Shown: positions 1 through 12,805, counted from the stretch's first letter. The stretch: 64,000 nt of DNA from Eledone cirrhosa (GCA_964016885.1 OZ024742.1:276024001-276088000), one strand, 5' to 3'. Translations and numbers: made by a program. Notes: a model not told the origin generated them from the letters alone.

Positions 1-1633
1 ATTTAACGTCCATTTTCTATGCTAGCATAGATAGGTTAGACAAGTTGTCCTGAAAGACAAGTCAGATTAAATGACTGTGTATTGCTCATATAGAACTGGT
101 TCTGGCTTGGTTTCTATGGCTGGATGCTTTTCCTAACACCAACTGTATTTACGGTGTGGACTGGGTGCTTTTTATCATGGCACCAAAGTGAGCAACTGGC
201 AGGTTTGACTGGGTGCTTTTTGTTGTGTCACCAACACAACCACTTTACAGGGTGTATTGGGTGCTTTTTGTCATGTCACAAGCACAACCACCTTCCAGGG
301 TGGACTGGGGGCTCTTTTGTCATGTCACTAGTATGGGCACCGTAAATGGTGGACTAGACACTTTTGTTGTCACCAGCATAGTCACCTTACAGGGTGGATG
401 GGGAGCTTTTAGTAATTTCAGCAGCAATGTGTGTATGTGTGGAGGGGCGTGTCCAGCTTTCCACGCTTGTATGCATGGGTTGGACAAGAGAGGTGTATCA
501 GATAAGGAAAGTGGAGGGGGAGGTATGTTGGATGGAGATTGGAGAGGTTGGTCTAAGGTGGGGTACTTAACTGGTGAATGGTGGAGTGTTTAAGATGTGG
601 AAGGTGTATGGAAGGGAATAGGAGGAGAAGTGATGCATACTAGTGACTACTAATTAACCATTAGATGTTTGCTTCATCCCATGCACATGGGAAGGCAGGT
701 CTTCTGCAGTACTGCATAATGCCAGAGATCTTGATTCTGTGTTATCACCTTTGAAAGGAGCAATTGTGTGAGATCAGCATTTATCACTTCATCCCAAACT
801 TTACTACTCCATAGCTTCCATCAACTTTGAGTGCCCTGCACCTTTTTATACAGCTGTTATTCTACCTACGCATCATATGCCCATACAACTGCAATCTTCT
901 CTCCTGCGCACTGCCTCTGATTCCTCTTGTGCTCAGTTTCTCTCTTAGTTTGTTTATGCTTTGCTGTTCATGTATATTACTGTTACACATCCATCAGAGC
1001 ATGCAAGCTTCATTTCTTTCCAATTTCTATAGGTCCTTTGCACGCAGTGCCCAGGTTTCACTATCATGCAGCACTGCTGTTAGTATACACCTATCATACA
1101 ATCTGCTCTTCATTTTGAGTGAAAAACCTTTTGTAACTAGCAGTGGTAGTAGCTCCTTGAACTTTTAATCCTGTTCTCACTCTGGCTACTGAACATCTGC
1201 CTCCACTGCTAATTTGGTAACCCAGGTAACAATAGTTGTCAGCTGCTTCTACGAAACCCTCTAAAAATTTGACAGAGCTTGTTTCCTGTGAGCATTTGCT
1301 GCTTACTGCTCCTGTGCATCAACCACATGCAAAGCCTACATTCTATGCTAGTCTGCCTGAGATCCCGCTACATCTCTTGTGTACCCATAGCTTGCATTTG
1401 GGATAGATTCCAAGTAATACTTCCAGGTTAGGAATCTTTTTCTCTAGTTCTGTCACAGATTCAGCTATAAGAGTTAGATCACCAGCATTCAGGAGCATCC
1501 TGTTTTAAACTCTTCTGTTATAGCCTGTAGGGCAATAATAAACATGAAAGGGCTAAGAACAGAGCCCCGATGAACCCCCACTTGCATGCTAAACTCTTCA
1601 CTATAGTCATTGTTAATTTTAATCTTGCTGACT
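1..1633 (-). mobile_element. RTE-clade LINE, decayed 3' fragment (RT C-terminal half plus 3' UTR with about 40-bp tandem subrepeats)
   Basis: Reverse complement of the RTE copies elsewhere in the window (GVHRGSVLSP-like and ETWAL-like motifs, frameshifted). 150-420 is the repeated 3' UTR unit; 1-30 matches the family terminus. Confidence 0.85.
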
Positions 1634-1839
1634 TGGGAGAGGGTGAATAGGGCTATGTGAAAATGATAAAGTGGAAGGGAGAGGAAAAGAAAGAATTGTT
1701 TTTAAAGGTTGGTCAGATATTTTTTACTGAAATAAAGAAGAGAAAATAAGATAAGGTGAAATGGATCAGAGGCAATGGAGGAAAGAATACAATTATGATA
1801 AGAATCTAGTAGCTGATGATTTCATGATCCTTGCAAAGT

Positions 1840-2450
1840 CTTTCAAATCATTATTCACGCCCCAGTCATGTTTTGGAGTGTTTTCAAAGACATATCTGAA
1901 TGTATGAGATTTATTTGGAATTTTTTCAAGGAGTTTGTCCAGGGACATTTGGAATTTTATGGTATCTGTTTCTGTTTTGATGTGTTTTGGTATGATATGA
2001 GAGTAGGACCAGTTGAGATGAAATAGTTGTGCTTTAATGTTGTTATGAGATGCAAGTCTGATGGCAGATAGCATGGGGACCAAGCCTTGGGTAGATTTTA
2101 AAGTTGATGCCATCATTTGGGCAATGTTGATATACTGAGAGTAGAGTTCAAGTTTTCTAGTTGCCCCAATAGTAAAAGCTTGTCATAACAGCTATCTTTT
2201 TTGCAATTGACCTCAGAGGTGCTTCCATTTTCATAATACTTTTGTTTCATGTGAGGATACCACAGTGGACAAAAGTATTCAAGGTAAGGCCAAGCAAAGG
2301 TAGAGAAGAAAAGGATGATGGTGAGGATTATCCTCAATCGTTTTCAGTGTTAAAAAGTGTGGAAATGTTTGTTATTGGTGTAATATACAGAATATTTATA
2401 TTAGGAAAGAGATCCAAGTTTCAGTTCAATGTACTTTATTTGTAATCATG
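1840..2450 (-). mobile_element. CR1/L2-group LINE, decayed RT C-terminal fragment
   Basis: Minus ORFs contain WPYLEYFCPLWYPH (cf. RPHLEYC..VW.P) and IPKHIKTETDTIKFQMSLDKLLEKIP (cf. LP........FK..LD.FL..IP), typical of the CR1-group ORF2 end. Confidence 0.7.
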
Positions 2451-2528
2451 TATAACATGTATTTCACAAATGACCAGCTCAGAGCTGTAATCTCTAGAAA
2501 TTGATCATGCTCAGATTCTAATATCCAT

Positions 2529-2612
2529 TGCATCTGATGAGAAAATTGATTCTAGAATCAAGCTGATTATAACCAATTAAGACTCCAAGCCATTTGTGAA
2601 ACGTGTTGTGCA
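2529..2612 (+). ncRNA. Degenerate type I minimal hammerhead motif
   Basis: TGCAT-CTGATGA-(57 nt, poorly paired stem II)-GAAAC-GT-GTT-GTGCA; 5-bp stem I in correct register. Confidence 0.45.
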
Positions 2613-2715
2613 GGATTACTTATAAAAAATGTTGAACTGAAACATTGATCTTTCTTAACACATGCATACATATGTGTGTATGTATGTATGTGTGTGTGTG
2701 TGTGTATTTATATAT

Positions 2716-3063
2716 CCACCACCACCACCCCCACCCCATCCACACCACCCCGTTCTATGTAAAGTTATGTTGGTGCCGCGCCATCGAGGCCGAAACAAAT
2801 GAGATCGTGTAGGTGTCACGACAAAAAAACACACAGTCCACGCTGTAATGTGGCCGTGTAGGCAACACGGTAAAAACCTCCCAGACCCACACTGTAAATG
2901 TGGTTGGTGTTAGGAAGGGCATCCAACTGTAGAAAACCTGCCAGACAGTCCTATGCGAGCAAGACAATCACTCTTGCCTCAAGTGGGACTACCCCCGTCC
3001 AAACCCATGCAAGCGTGGAACATGGACGTTAAACGTTGATGATGATGATGATGATGATGATGA
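2716..3063 (+). mobile_element. RTE LINE 3' UTR-only insertion with (GAT)n tail
   Basis: Near-identical reverse complement of 38067-38400; preceded by TG/TA microsatellite. Confidence 0.9.
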
Positions 3064-3455
3064 CCATGGAGTTCTGTGTCCTTTGTTTGTATATTTATTT
3101 TTTAAAAATAATTATTTAAGGTTTCTCCTTAAAAAATTGTTTTTCATTTTGTTTTGTTTTCATTCATTGTCTTGTCCTTCTTTGTTAATTTTCTTAAGTT
3201 TATCTACCAATGTGGCGAACGTGTTTTTCTCTTCTCCCCTATGTATATATATATATATATATATATATTCTCTTTTATTGGTTTCTGTCACTTGACTGTG
3301 GTTATGCTTGACATTTTATTGATCTCTTTTTGTTCAACTTTTATGTATCTATCTATCTACATAATAGTTGTGGGTACAATCAAAAGAAAAGAAAAAGAGC
3401 AGTCAACACATAATGAGGGATTTGAGTATTTATATTAAAAGTTTGATTTAACCTC

Positions 3456-3503
3456 GCACTACCAGTGATTTCAAGAAAAAAAACATGCCTAATCATCAGG
3501 TGC
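3456..3503 (-). ncRNA. Degenerate type I minimal hammerhead motif
   Basis: Minus strand reads GCAC-CTGATGA-(20 nt, weak stem II)-GAAATCACTG-GTA-GTGC; 4-bp stem I, GUA site. Confidence 0.5.
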
Positions 3504-3829
3504 ATTTGAGAAAAGCAAAACAAGATGGAGAATGGCATTTGGAATCCTGCAACATTGGGTATGTGATTTCATAGGCGACCTGATCACGTCACTGAGTTTG
3601 ATATGTCCTTTACTCTGGGGAGCTTCAGCCAGTTTGCTTTCTAAAAGGGTTAAGATACTTCTATTGCAACTGCGTGCTTTATGATTTAGTTCAATTACGT
3701 AACACCTTAGACAATTGTCTTCAACCATAACCTTCGTTTGATCAATGCCTTGTAAGTGTAATTTGGTAGATGGAAATTGTAAGGAAGTTCATTGAAGAAA
3801 ATATATATGTATATAGATATACACATATA

Positions 3830-5194
3830 TCATAATCTATAAAGCTCAGTGTGTGGTCATGCTCCTTTCTTATAGAAATCTACGATATAGAATTTCTTCA
3901 ATTGAAATTTACAATTCAGTATTCGAAATAGCATCGATTGCGTCTTGGCACATCTAATTTTTTCAATTTCACCCACAATTACGCAAAAAATAGATAAAAC
4001 TCAATATTTTACGATTTTCCTCTGTCATTTAAACTGCTAAACTCTTTCCACTACCATTCAAAATCTGTACAACTTCATACTTTCTGCTACTTTCTCTTTC
4101 CAAGCTTGATGGTGATACTGTCCGTTTTACTCTCTCATATCATCTCACAACGTGCGTGATTGCCGAAGAGAGAGAGTGAAGAGAGTGAGAGGGAGAGAGA
4201 TAGAGAACGTTTATTATTACATAAAGTACCAGTAATGTACTGGGTAATTGCTGGCCTTGTGCCAAAAAAGTAAAAACAATTATTACATTTCATATGAAAC
4301 GACAATTATTCAAAAGCAACAGATACATTTATTCAACAACAAGCGATAAATCTTTTTTAAAACCTCTTTTCCAAACGCATACAAACACACACTCACTTCA
4401 ACAACAACAACAACAATCTGCCTTTTATAGATAATGATAAACAATAATATCCTCTATGAGGTCACTAAACCTGCTAGAAACAGCAGCTAACTCTCCCCCA
4501 TACCACACCCCTCCCTACTGTCTTAAATTTAGAAAACATATCTTCTATGAGGTCACTAAACCTGCTAGAAACAGCAGCTAACTCTCCCCCATATCACACC
4601 ACTCCCTACTGTCTTAAATTTAGAAAACACATATCCTCTATGAGGTTACTAAACCTGCTAGAAACAGCAGCTAACTCTCCCCCATATCACACCCCTCCCT
4701 ACTGTCTTAAATTTAGAAAACATATCTTCTATGAGGTCACTAAACCTGCTAGAAACAGCAGCTAACTCTCCCCCATATCACACCACTCCCTACTGTCTTA
4801 AATTTAGAAAACACATATCCTCTATGAGGTCACTAAACCTGCTAGAAACAACAGCTAACTCTCCCTCATATCACAACCCTCCCTACTGTCTTAAATTTAG
4901 AAAACACACAGACAACCATGCAGAACAACTCCATCGCAGCTCTGTTGTTTGGCTGGCATCGTCTATGCGCGTGTTGCGCAAGTACTGTGAAACAATAAAT
5001 TTCAACACTTTTTTGCACAGAGATAATATCCATAGGCGAAACTACAATTGTCACTGCTGGCGCAGTTCCTGCTTCCAGGTCTGCAATTCATTCACCCAGT
5101 GCCTGGCAGACAAAAAAGTGCTGCCATAAAATGGGTGGTGCAACCTAACTTTGGTAACTTAATGACCCCGAGCAACGCCGGGCTTTAATGCTAG
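3830..5194 (+). mobile_element. Non-autonomous Helitron
   Basis: 5' A|TCATAATCTATAAAG start; 3' hairpin CCCGAGCAACGCCGGG (5167-5182) followed by CTAG|T (5191-5195); internal tandem repeats. The 5' boundary is less certain than the 3'. Confidence 0.75.
4447..4905. repeat. Minisatellite, 5 units of 91-93 bp, inside the Helitron
   Basis: Unit ATATCYTCTATGAGGTCACTAAACCTGCTAGAAACAGCAGCTAAC... starts at 4447, 4538, 4631, 4722 and 4815. Confidence 0.95.
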
Positions 5195-5323
5195 TAATAT
5201 ATATAAAGCAAGTCCCGAGTTCAATCAGGGGTGGCCACAGTAAGTAAGGTACTCAATACATTCGTAGATGATTCAGTTCTAGTCCTGTAGAAGTCATTTC
5301 TATATTAAATTTTATATATATAT

Positions 5324-5505
5324 ATATCACAGAAAAAAAAGAGAATCAGTGTTGCGAAGAATGGAATTTATTGGACATATTACAATCGTTTCTCTGGCGA
5401 CCAGCTCGAGGCACGATAGATGTGATGATCGCCAGAGAAACGATTGTAATATGTCCAATAAATTCCATTCTTCGCAACACTGATTCTCTTTTTTTTCTGT
5501 GATAT
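5324..5505. repeat. Perfect inverted repeat (77-bp arms, 28-nt loop) containing a hammerhead 3' half; Penelope pLTR-like
   Basis: 5324-5400 is the reverse complement of 5429-5505; the right arm has GAAAC-GATT-GTA followed by AATAAA. Confidence 0.9.
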
Positions 5506-5592
5506 CATACTCTGCTCTATGAGAGCATCGAGTGCTCATACGGCCTACTGCATACGGACACTTTAAGCATCCAGCACCAATTATATATATAT

Positions 5593-6432
5593 ACAGAAAG
5601 TACAATAACTAGGGTAAGAACGGGATGGAAGAAGTTCAGGGAACTACTGCCACTGCTAGCTGCAAAAGGCTTCTCCCTCAAAATGAAAGGCAGACTGTAT
5701 GATGCGTGTATCCGAACAGCGATGTTGCATGGTAGTGAGACCTGGGCGCTGAAGGTGGAAGACTTACGTAGATTAGAGAGAAACGAAGCCTGCATGCTCC
5801 GATGGATGTGTAATAGTAATATACGCGAACGACAAAGCATAAATGAATTGAGAGAGAGACTGAGCATAAGAGGAATCAAATGCTGTGTGCAGGAAAGGCG
5901 GTTGCGTTTGTATGGACATGTGATGCGTATGAAGGATGACAGCTGCATAAAAAGGTGCAGAGCACTAGAAGTCAATGGAAACCGCGGAGTGGGGAGACCG
6001 AAGAAGACCTGGGATGAGGTGATAAAAGCCGACCTTACCCAATTACACCTCTCAAAGGCGATGACACACGACCGTGACCTCTGGCGTCACACAGTAATAC
6101 AGAGTACCCAACCTTCCATGGGTACAAGCTGAAGCATATAGACAATATGCCCCCACACCCTCCCACTGCAAGGTGGTCGTGGAGGTGCCACGGCACAAAA
6201 GCACCCAGTCCACACTGTAAAGTGGACGTGTAGGCGCCACAAAAAAGCACCCAGCATTCACTGTAAATGAGGTTGGTGTTAGGAAGGGCATCCAGCTGTA
6301 GAAATCAAGCCAAATCAGTACCTGTATGTGCAAGGCATGGTCAGCCAACCAGACACTGCCCACAACAGGACAACCCATCTAACCCATGCTAGCGTGGAAG
6401 AACGGACGTAAAACGGTGACGATGATGATGAT
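5593..6432 (+). mobile_element. RTE LINE, 5'-truncated (RT C-terminus plus 3' UTR)
   Basis: ORF 5683-6132 KGRLYDACIRTAMLHGSETWAL...GRPKKTW; (GAT)n tail; flanked by (TA)n. Confidence 0.92.
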
Positions 6433-6625
6433 ATATATATATATATATAATAATATTATTTATAGTTATGTATACACTATATACAACTATAAACTGGAAA
6501 GGTCAGTAATTTACTAATACCTTATTATCAGTAAGAAAAATAGCTCAATGTAAATACATCAGATGTTTTACAGAGCCGGAATATAAATTACACAATAATC
6601 AAAGCTATGTTCAAATCATTTCATT

Positions 6626-6670
6626 GCTGACAATCGTTTCTTCCAAACTATCGTTTGGAATCATCGGAGC
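6626..6670 (-). ncRNA. Type I minimal hammerhead (mirror copy)
   Basis: Exact reverse complement of 7488-7532. Confidence 0.75.
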
Positions 6671-7487
6671 GTTAGCAATGTTTGTACATATAATTAACTT
6701 CCTATTCAACTTAACCATTATATAGATACATGGATATTAATGTTGCCAACAACAGTTTCGTATTTACAGAGTGGAATGGATACGACATAGATTTCAAGAG
6801 AATTGTACAATAATTAAAATTAAAAATTAAAAGTTAAAAAGGCACAGAGTGGAATGCATGCGACAGAGATTAGTATAACAATTATAGACATTAAGGTAGA
6901 AAGTTACTCAGGAAATGAGGACACTAGCAGTGCATATGCAAGGGTATAGAGGGTGCGGATGCAATAGGCATATACAGGAAGGAACAAGCAATTGTACTAG
7001 GCATATATAATTTCTGCGAGGCAAAGGTATCACATAAAACAACATATGTTTACAAGCAGGCAAAGCTGTTTTTGTATTAAAATTATTAGTTTATGGTGGG
7101 TGTAGTGTGATAATTGTGTTTTATGTGATACCTTTGCCTTGCAGAAATTATATATGCCTAGTACCATTGATTGTTCCTTCCTGTATATGCCTATTGCATC
7201 CGCACCCTCTATACCCTTGCGTATGCACTGCTAGTGTCCTCATTTCCTGAGTAACTTTCTACCTTAATGTCTATAATTGTTATACTAATCTCTGTCGCAT
7301 GCATTCCACTCTGTGCCTTTTTAACTTTTAATTTTTAATTTTAATTATTGTACAATTCTCTTGAAATCTATGTTGTATCCATTCCACTCTGTAAATACGA
7401 AACTGTTGTTGACAACATTAATATCCATGTATCTATATAATGGTTCAGTTGAATAGGAAGTTAATTATATGTACAAACATTGCTAAT

Positions 7488-7532
7488 GCTCCGATGATTC
7501 CAAACGATAGTTTGGAAGAAACGATTGTCAGC
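7488..7532 (+). ncRNA. Type I minimal hammerhead, U4C core variant
   Basis: GCT-CCGATGA-TTCCAAAC-GATA-GTTTGGAA-GAAAC-GATT-GTC-AGC: perfect 8-bp stem II, GUC site, self-complementary stem III. Confidence 0.75.
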
Positions 7533-8908
7533 AATAAAATGATTTGAACATAGCTTTGATTATTGTGTAATTTATATATATATATATAGTTTGACTTAAC
7601 TGTGCACTACTGGTACTATGATAAAAAAAAAATTGTTTTAAAGTACTTATTTAAATTTTATCTAAAAACGATTGTTAGGTTATGTTCCAAATACCAGTTT
7701 TGATTATTTCAAAATTATTTGAAAACCATAGAGGTCTTTCATTATAAATATGGTGATGAAAGAGGTACTCACCCAACCCTGCTTGTGCTTATATATATAT
7801 CTCTTGCACAGAACAACTACATTGTTGTTCCCCTGCCCCCATGTTAAATCCCTCTTTTGTTCGCTAGGGGTAGCTCTTTTTAAAAAACAAATTGGTGCCA
7901 AGACATTAGTGAAATAATGGGAGGTGTGACAGACATGTTTAAGGGGGCTTTAGAGGAAGGGGGGAAGGGGTGGAGTGGCTTATATAAAGGCCCTTCACAA
8001 ATATTGTTGCCATGGCAGCCAGTTTTTTAAAGACGTTTTTTTTAGTTTTTTGTCTTCCCTTTTCCACTCAACCCCATCACTGAGCATGTACATGAGTGTG
8101 TGTGTATTGTATTGGTATGCATGAGTTAGTTTGGTGTAATTGTGTGGTATGGTTGTAGTGGTTGTGACAGTGAAAGTGGATGGTGGTGGTTGTAGTAGCG
8201 GGGGAGGTTGTCATGGTAGTTGTGGTAGTGGGGTGGTTGTTGTGGTGCTGTTCTCCTAACACCCTACTGTTGATAATATATATTGGTGTTGAAGTACTAG
8301 AGAGGGGGGGGGGGGTTGTAATGGTGGTGGTTTATTTCACTATATATCTAGCTATCTATCTCCCCCTCCCCTCTCTCTTTCCTTGAATATTTATATGAAA
8401 GGCAAAGCTGGGTTAGAGAACTTTTGGGGTCCCAGCACCTGCTCCCAAGAAACTTAATGAAAATTAGAACATGAATGAGGCCTACACGTAGAACAATGCT
8501 GATATTCCAGCTTCAATCTATGCTGACATCTAAAACATAAAAATGTATTCAATAAGATTTATATCATTCTATATTTTGACAAAAATATCATGTTTCATAG
8601 CTTTATTTCGATAAAAATATGATCAAAATATGTAAACATAGTTGTAGAAACCATGCTGAAACTAAATCATATAAGTGAGATGCAGACCTCAGTAGCTTTA
8701 ACTTGGTCTCTAATGGTCTGGCCAACCATTGCCAACATGAGAAACATGTAAAGTGAAGATTGATAATTATGATGCTGATAATAACAATGATGATGATGAT
8801 ATACAAGCAATGGACCTCAGTCAGCTCTAATGATGAGTGTTCAAGGTGTTTGACAATGGAACACTACTTATGAAATTAATGTACTAGTGTCTTATGTTAA
8901 ATATATAT

Positions 8909-8939
<31 letters not shown>

Positions 8940-10829
8940 CCGTGATATTGTCGGGGAGAAATGTGTCCGTAATGATGATCGTGTACTTGCCCTCACTGGT
9001 ACTGATAAGAAGGTAGCTTGGAAGTGTCACTACGAGAGACTATTAAATGAGGAGAATAAATGGGAAGAAGATAGTCTGCCCCAAATCAATCCAATAGAAG
9101 GACCAGCGGTGCAAGTTAAAGGTAGTATAATAAGTAAGGCAATCAAAGATATGAAGACAGGCAAGGCAGCTGGGCCTTCGGAGATAGTTGCTGAGATGTT
9201 GAAGGCATCTGGAATGGTGGGACATACTATGGTCACCTGTATAGTTAACCAAGTAATACAAAATGGTGTCATACCAAAAGACTGGCGTAGCATCATCATC
9301 ATTAACTGCTACAAGGGTAAAGGAGATGCTCTAGATAGAGGAAACTATAGAGGCATTAAATTAGTTGACCAGGTCATGAAGGTCACAGAAAGAGTTATAG
9401 CGCAACTAATCAGAGAGCGAATTGATCTAGATGACATGCAGTTTGGGTTTGTGTCAGGCAAAAGTACCACAGACGCTCTTTTCCTTGTACGGCAACTACA
9501 AGAGAAGTACCTAGCTAAAAGTAAACCCCTCTACTTAGCTTTTGTAGACCTGGAGAAAGCCTTTGACAGAGTCCCCCGCTCCATTATCTGGTGGACTCTT
9601 AGAAAACTAGGTGTAGATGAATGGCTTGTGAGAGCTATACAAGCCATGTATAAAGAAACAGTCAGTAAGGTTAGAATTAACAATGAATATTGTGAAGAAT
9701 TTAGTGCAAAAGTTGGTGTTCATCAAGGCTCTGTCCTTAGCCCCCTCCTATTTATTATTGCCCTTCAGGCTATAACAGAGGAGTTTAAGACCGGCTGCCC
9801 ATGGCAACTCCTATACGCAGATGATCTAACTCTCATAGCTGAATCTATGGCTGAACTAGGAAGCATGGCCTAGAATCAAAAGGCCTTAAAGTTAACTTGC
9901 CTAAGACTAAAGTCCTAGTTTGTAGAAAGGAAAATAAAGCACAGGTTCTCCCTGGGAAATGGCCATGCTCAGTGTGTAGGAAAGGAGTAGGCAGAAATTC
10001 AATTTTATGTCCCAAATGCAAAGTATGGGTACATAAAAGATGTAGTGGGATCACAGGTAAACTATCTAAGAACGTAGACTTTATATGTGGCCGATGCTCA
10101 GGTGCAATAAGTAGCAAGTGCCGACAGGATACTAGCTCCTATTGCCCAGATGGTTCTATAGAAATAGTGGATACTTTCCGTTACCTGGGCGACGAAATCA
10201 GCAGTGGTGGAGGGTGTTCTGAAAGTAGAGTAGCCAGAGTCAGAACGGGATGGAAAAAGTTCAGACAACTTATACCGCTGTTGGCCACAAAAGGTTTCTC
10301 TCTAAAAATGAAAGGCAGATTGTATGATGCTTGTATACGAACAGCAATGCTACATGGCAGTGAAACTTGGGCATTGTGTGCAGAGGATCTACTCAGACTG
10401 GAGAGGAATAGTAATATACGTGAACAGCAAAGCATAAATGAGCTAAGTGAGAAATTAGGAATAAGAGGGATCAGATGCTGTTTACTTGAGAGAAGACTAC
10501 ATTGGTATGGCTACGTGATGCGCATGAAAGACGACAGCTGTATAAAAAAGTGCAGGGCGATCAAAATTGATGGTAGTTACGGAGTAGGTAGACTCAGAAA
10601 AACCTGGTGTACACACACCCATGACATATACACATACATATCTATATTTATATATTGACAGTCACACTGTAAATGTAGTTGGTGTTAGGAAGGGCATCCA
10701 GCCATAGAAAACCTTCCAGATAGTCCTATATGAGCGAGACACGGCCACCCGACCTACCTTGCCTCAAGTAGGACAACTAACTGATGCTAGCGTGGAAGAT
10801 GGACGTTAAACGAAGATGATGATGATGAT
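8940..10829 (+). mobile_element. RTE LINE, 5'-truncated, frameshifted RT, internal deletions
   Basis: ORFs 8887-9873 and 9897-10658: QFGF, LAFVDLEKAFD, GVHQGSVLSP, YADD, PHD finger; (GAT)n tail at about 10815. Confidence 0.95.
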
Positions 10830-10911
10830 ATATATATACACACACACACACATATCATCATCATCATTTTACGTCTGCTTTTCCCTGCTTGCAAGGGTAT
10901 ATATAACACAT

Positions 10912-11020
10912 ATATATAACTATATGTGATCAAATCACAAGGGACATACTATTTCAGTCAGTATTTTCTTCACTCTGGCAGTTTCTGTCCCTTTTGATTT
11001 GAACACATATAGTTATATAT
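10912..11020. repeat. Short imperfect inverted repeat (about 35-bp arms)
   Basis: ATATATAACTATATGTGATCAAATCACAAGGGACA ... TGTCCCTTTTGATTTGAACACATATAGTTATATAT. Confidence 0.8.
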
Positions 11021-11086
11021 TCGTGTTCGTCTCTCATTACTGTATTATAAGGCTTGGGAAATGTTATTTATTATATATATATATAT

Positions 11087-11580
<494 letters not shown>

Positions 11581-11620
11581 AGAGGCTGTTTTATTTGTAC
11601 ATTTTCATTTTATTACAGTA

Positions 11621-11991
11621 AATGGGGGCACATGGCTTAGTGGTTAGAGCATTGGCCTTGCAATCGAAAGGTTGTGAGTTCAATTCTCAGACTGGGTGAT
11701 GTGTTGTTTCCTTGAGCAAGACACTTTATTTCACATTGCTCCAGTTTACTCAGCTGTAGAAATTAGGTGATAGGGACTTTGCAGTGGTATGATATGGACT
11801 GGGGTCCATATCATACCACTGCAAAGTGGTCGTGGAGGTGCCACGGCAAAAAAGCACCCAGCACTCACTGTAAATGAGGTTGGTGTTAGGAAGGGCATCT
11901 AGCTGTAGAAATCAAGCCAGAATCAGTTCCCGTCCCACCCTTGCAAGCAGGGAAAAAGCGGACGTAAAATGAAATGATGATGATGATGATG
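11621..11991 (+). mobile_element. CORE-type SINE with RTE tail, head-to-head with 11087-11428
   Basis: Near-identical reverse complement of the preceding copy. Confidence 0.85.
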
Positions 11992-12137
11992 AATTCCATT
12001 ATATGTATTTAAAAGATGCCAGAGTGGTTGTATAATAACCCCCTACCATGTTTTCATCAGATGATGTAAGATGTATTCTCCTATCTATTGATATGTTACT
12101 GGTTTTTCGTGGTGTTTACAGTTTACATTGTTGGCCA

Positions 12138-12171
<34 letters not shown>

Positions 12172-12331
12172 TGAAACATGTGCCTGACATCTCACATAGC
12201 TACTAACATAGCTGTGACATGATCACAGCTTAAAATATACAAAGTGAACTTAGAAGCTTATTATAAATAAACATATCATATACACCTTCATGTACACATT
12301 CATTATGAAACACACTATGCTAGTGCTACTG

Positions 12332-12367
<36 letters not shown>

Positions 12368-12805
12368 TTCATGATTTTTGATATATATATACACATATAC
12401 ATATATATGTAAAAGGTAAACAGAAATAACAACACAATCGGTACAGTATATGGACGGAATATATTTATATATATATGTATATGTGTGTGTGTGTGTGGGT
12501 GTTCAGAATTGACAAACTATGAGAATGAGTACTCAATATCATGGTAGTGATTAATAGATTTTGCAGGTTGATCCAGCATAGGACTGCTTGAGGAATGTGC
12601 AGCACATGTAAACTCCAGAGTAATGATCAGTTTTAATAAGCTACATAAATATACACATACAAATCAGGCCAAAATACAGAAAATATGAGCAAGATGTGGT
12701 TATGCAACTCATTAAGTCTTGGACTATGATAAGCTGTTCAATCCATATCAGCATGGAAAGTAGATGTAAAAGGATGATGATATATATTTTTTAATATATA
12801 TATAT

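Larger units (their letters stand above)
6581..7577. mobile_element. About 1-kb palindrome (461-bp arms, 75-nt spacer), probably inverted Penelope-like terminal repeats
   Basis: 6581-7041 is the reverse complement of 7117-7577 with about 9 mismatches by eye; each arm carries a hammerhead followed by an AATAAA/AATGAA-type signal. Confidence 0.85.

Noticed and set aside
150-420. CRISPR-like periodicity (also 20340-20530 and 60910-61995)
   Set aside because: Whole units repeat with no unique spacers; eukaryotic context, no cas genes.
8826-8888. Hammerhead-like ATGATGA-GTGTTC...GAACAC...GAAA
   Set aside because: C3 is missing, there is a 7-nt insertion before GAAA and stem III is poor.
11624-11695. 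tRNA genes
   Set aside because: A/B boxes are present but there is no proper acceptor stem, and they run into SINE bodies; these are SINE heads.
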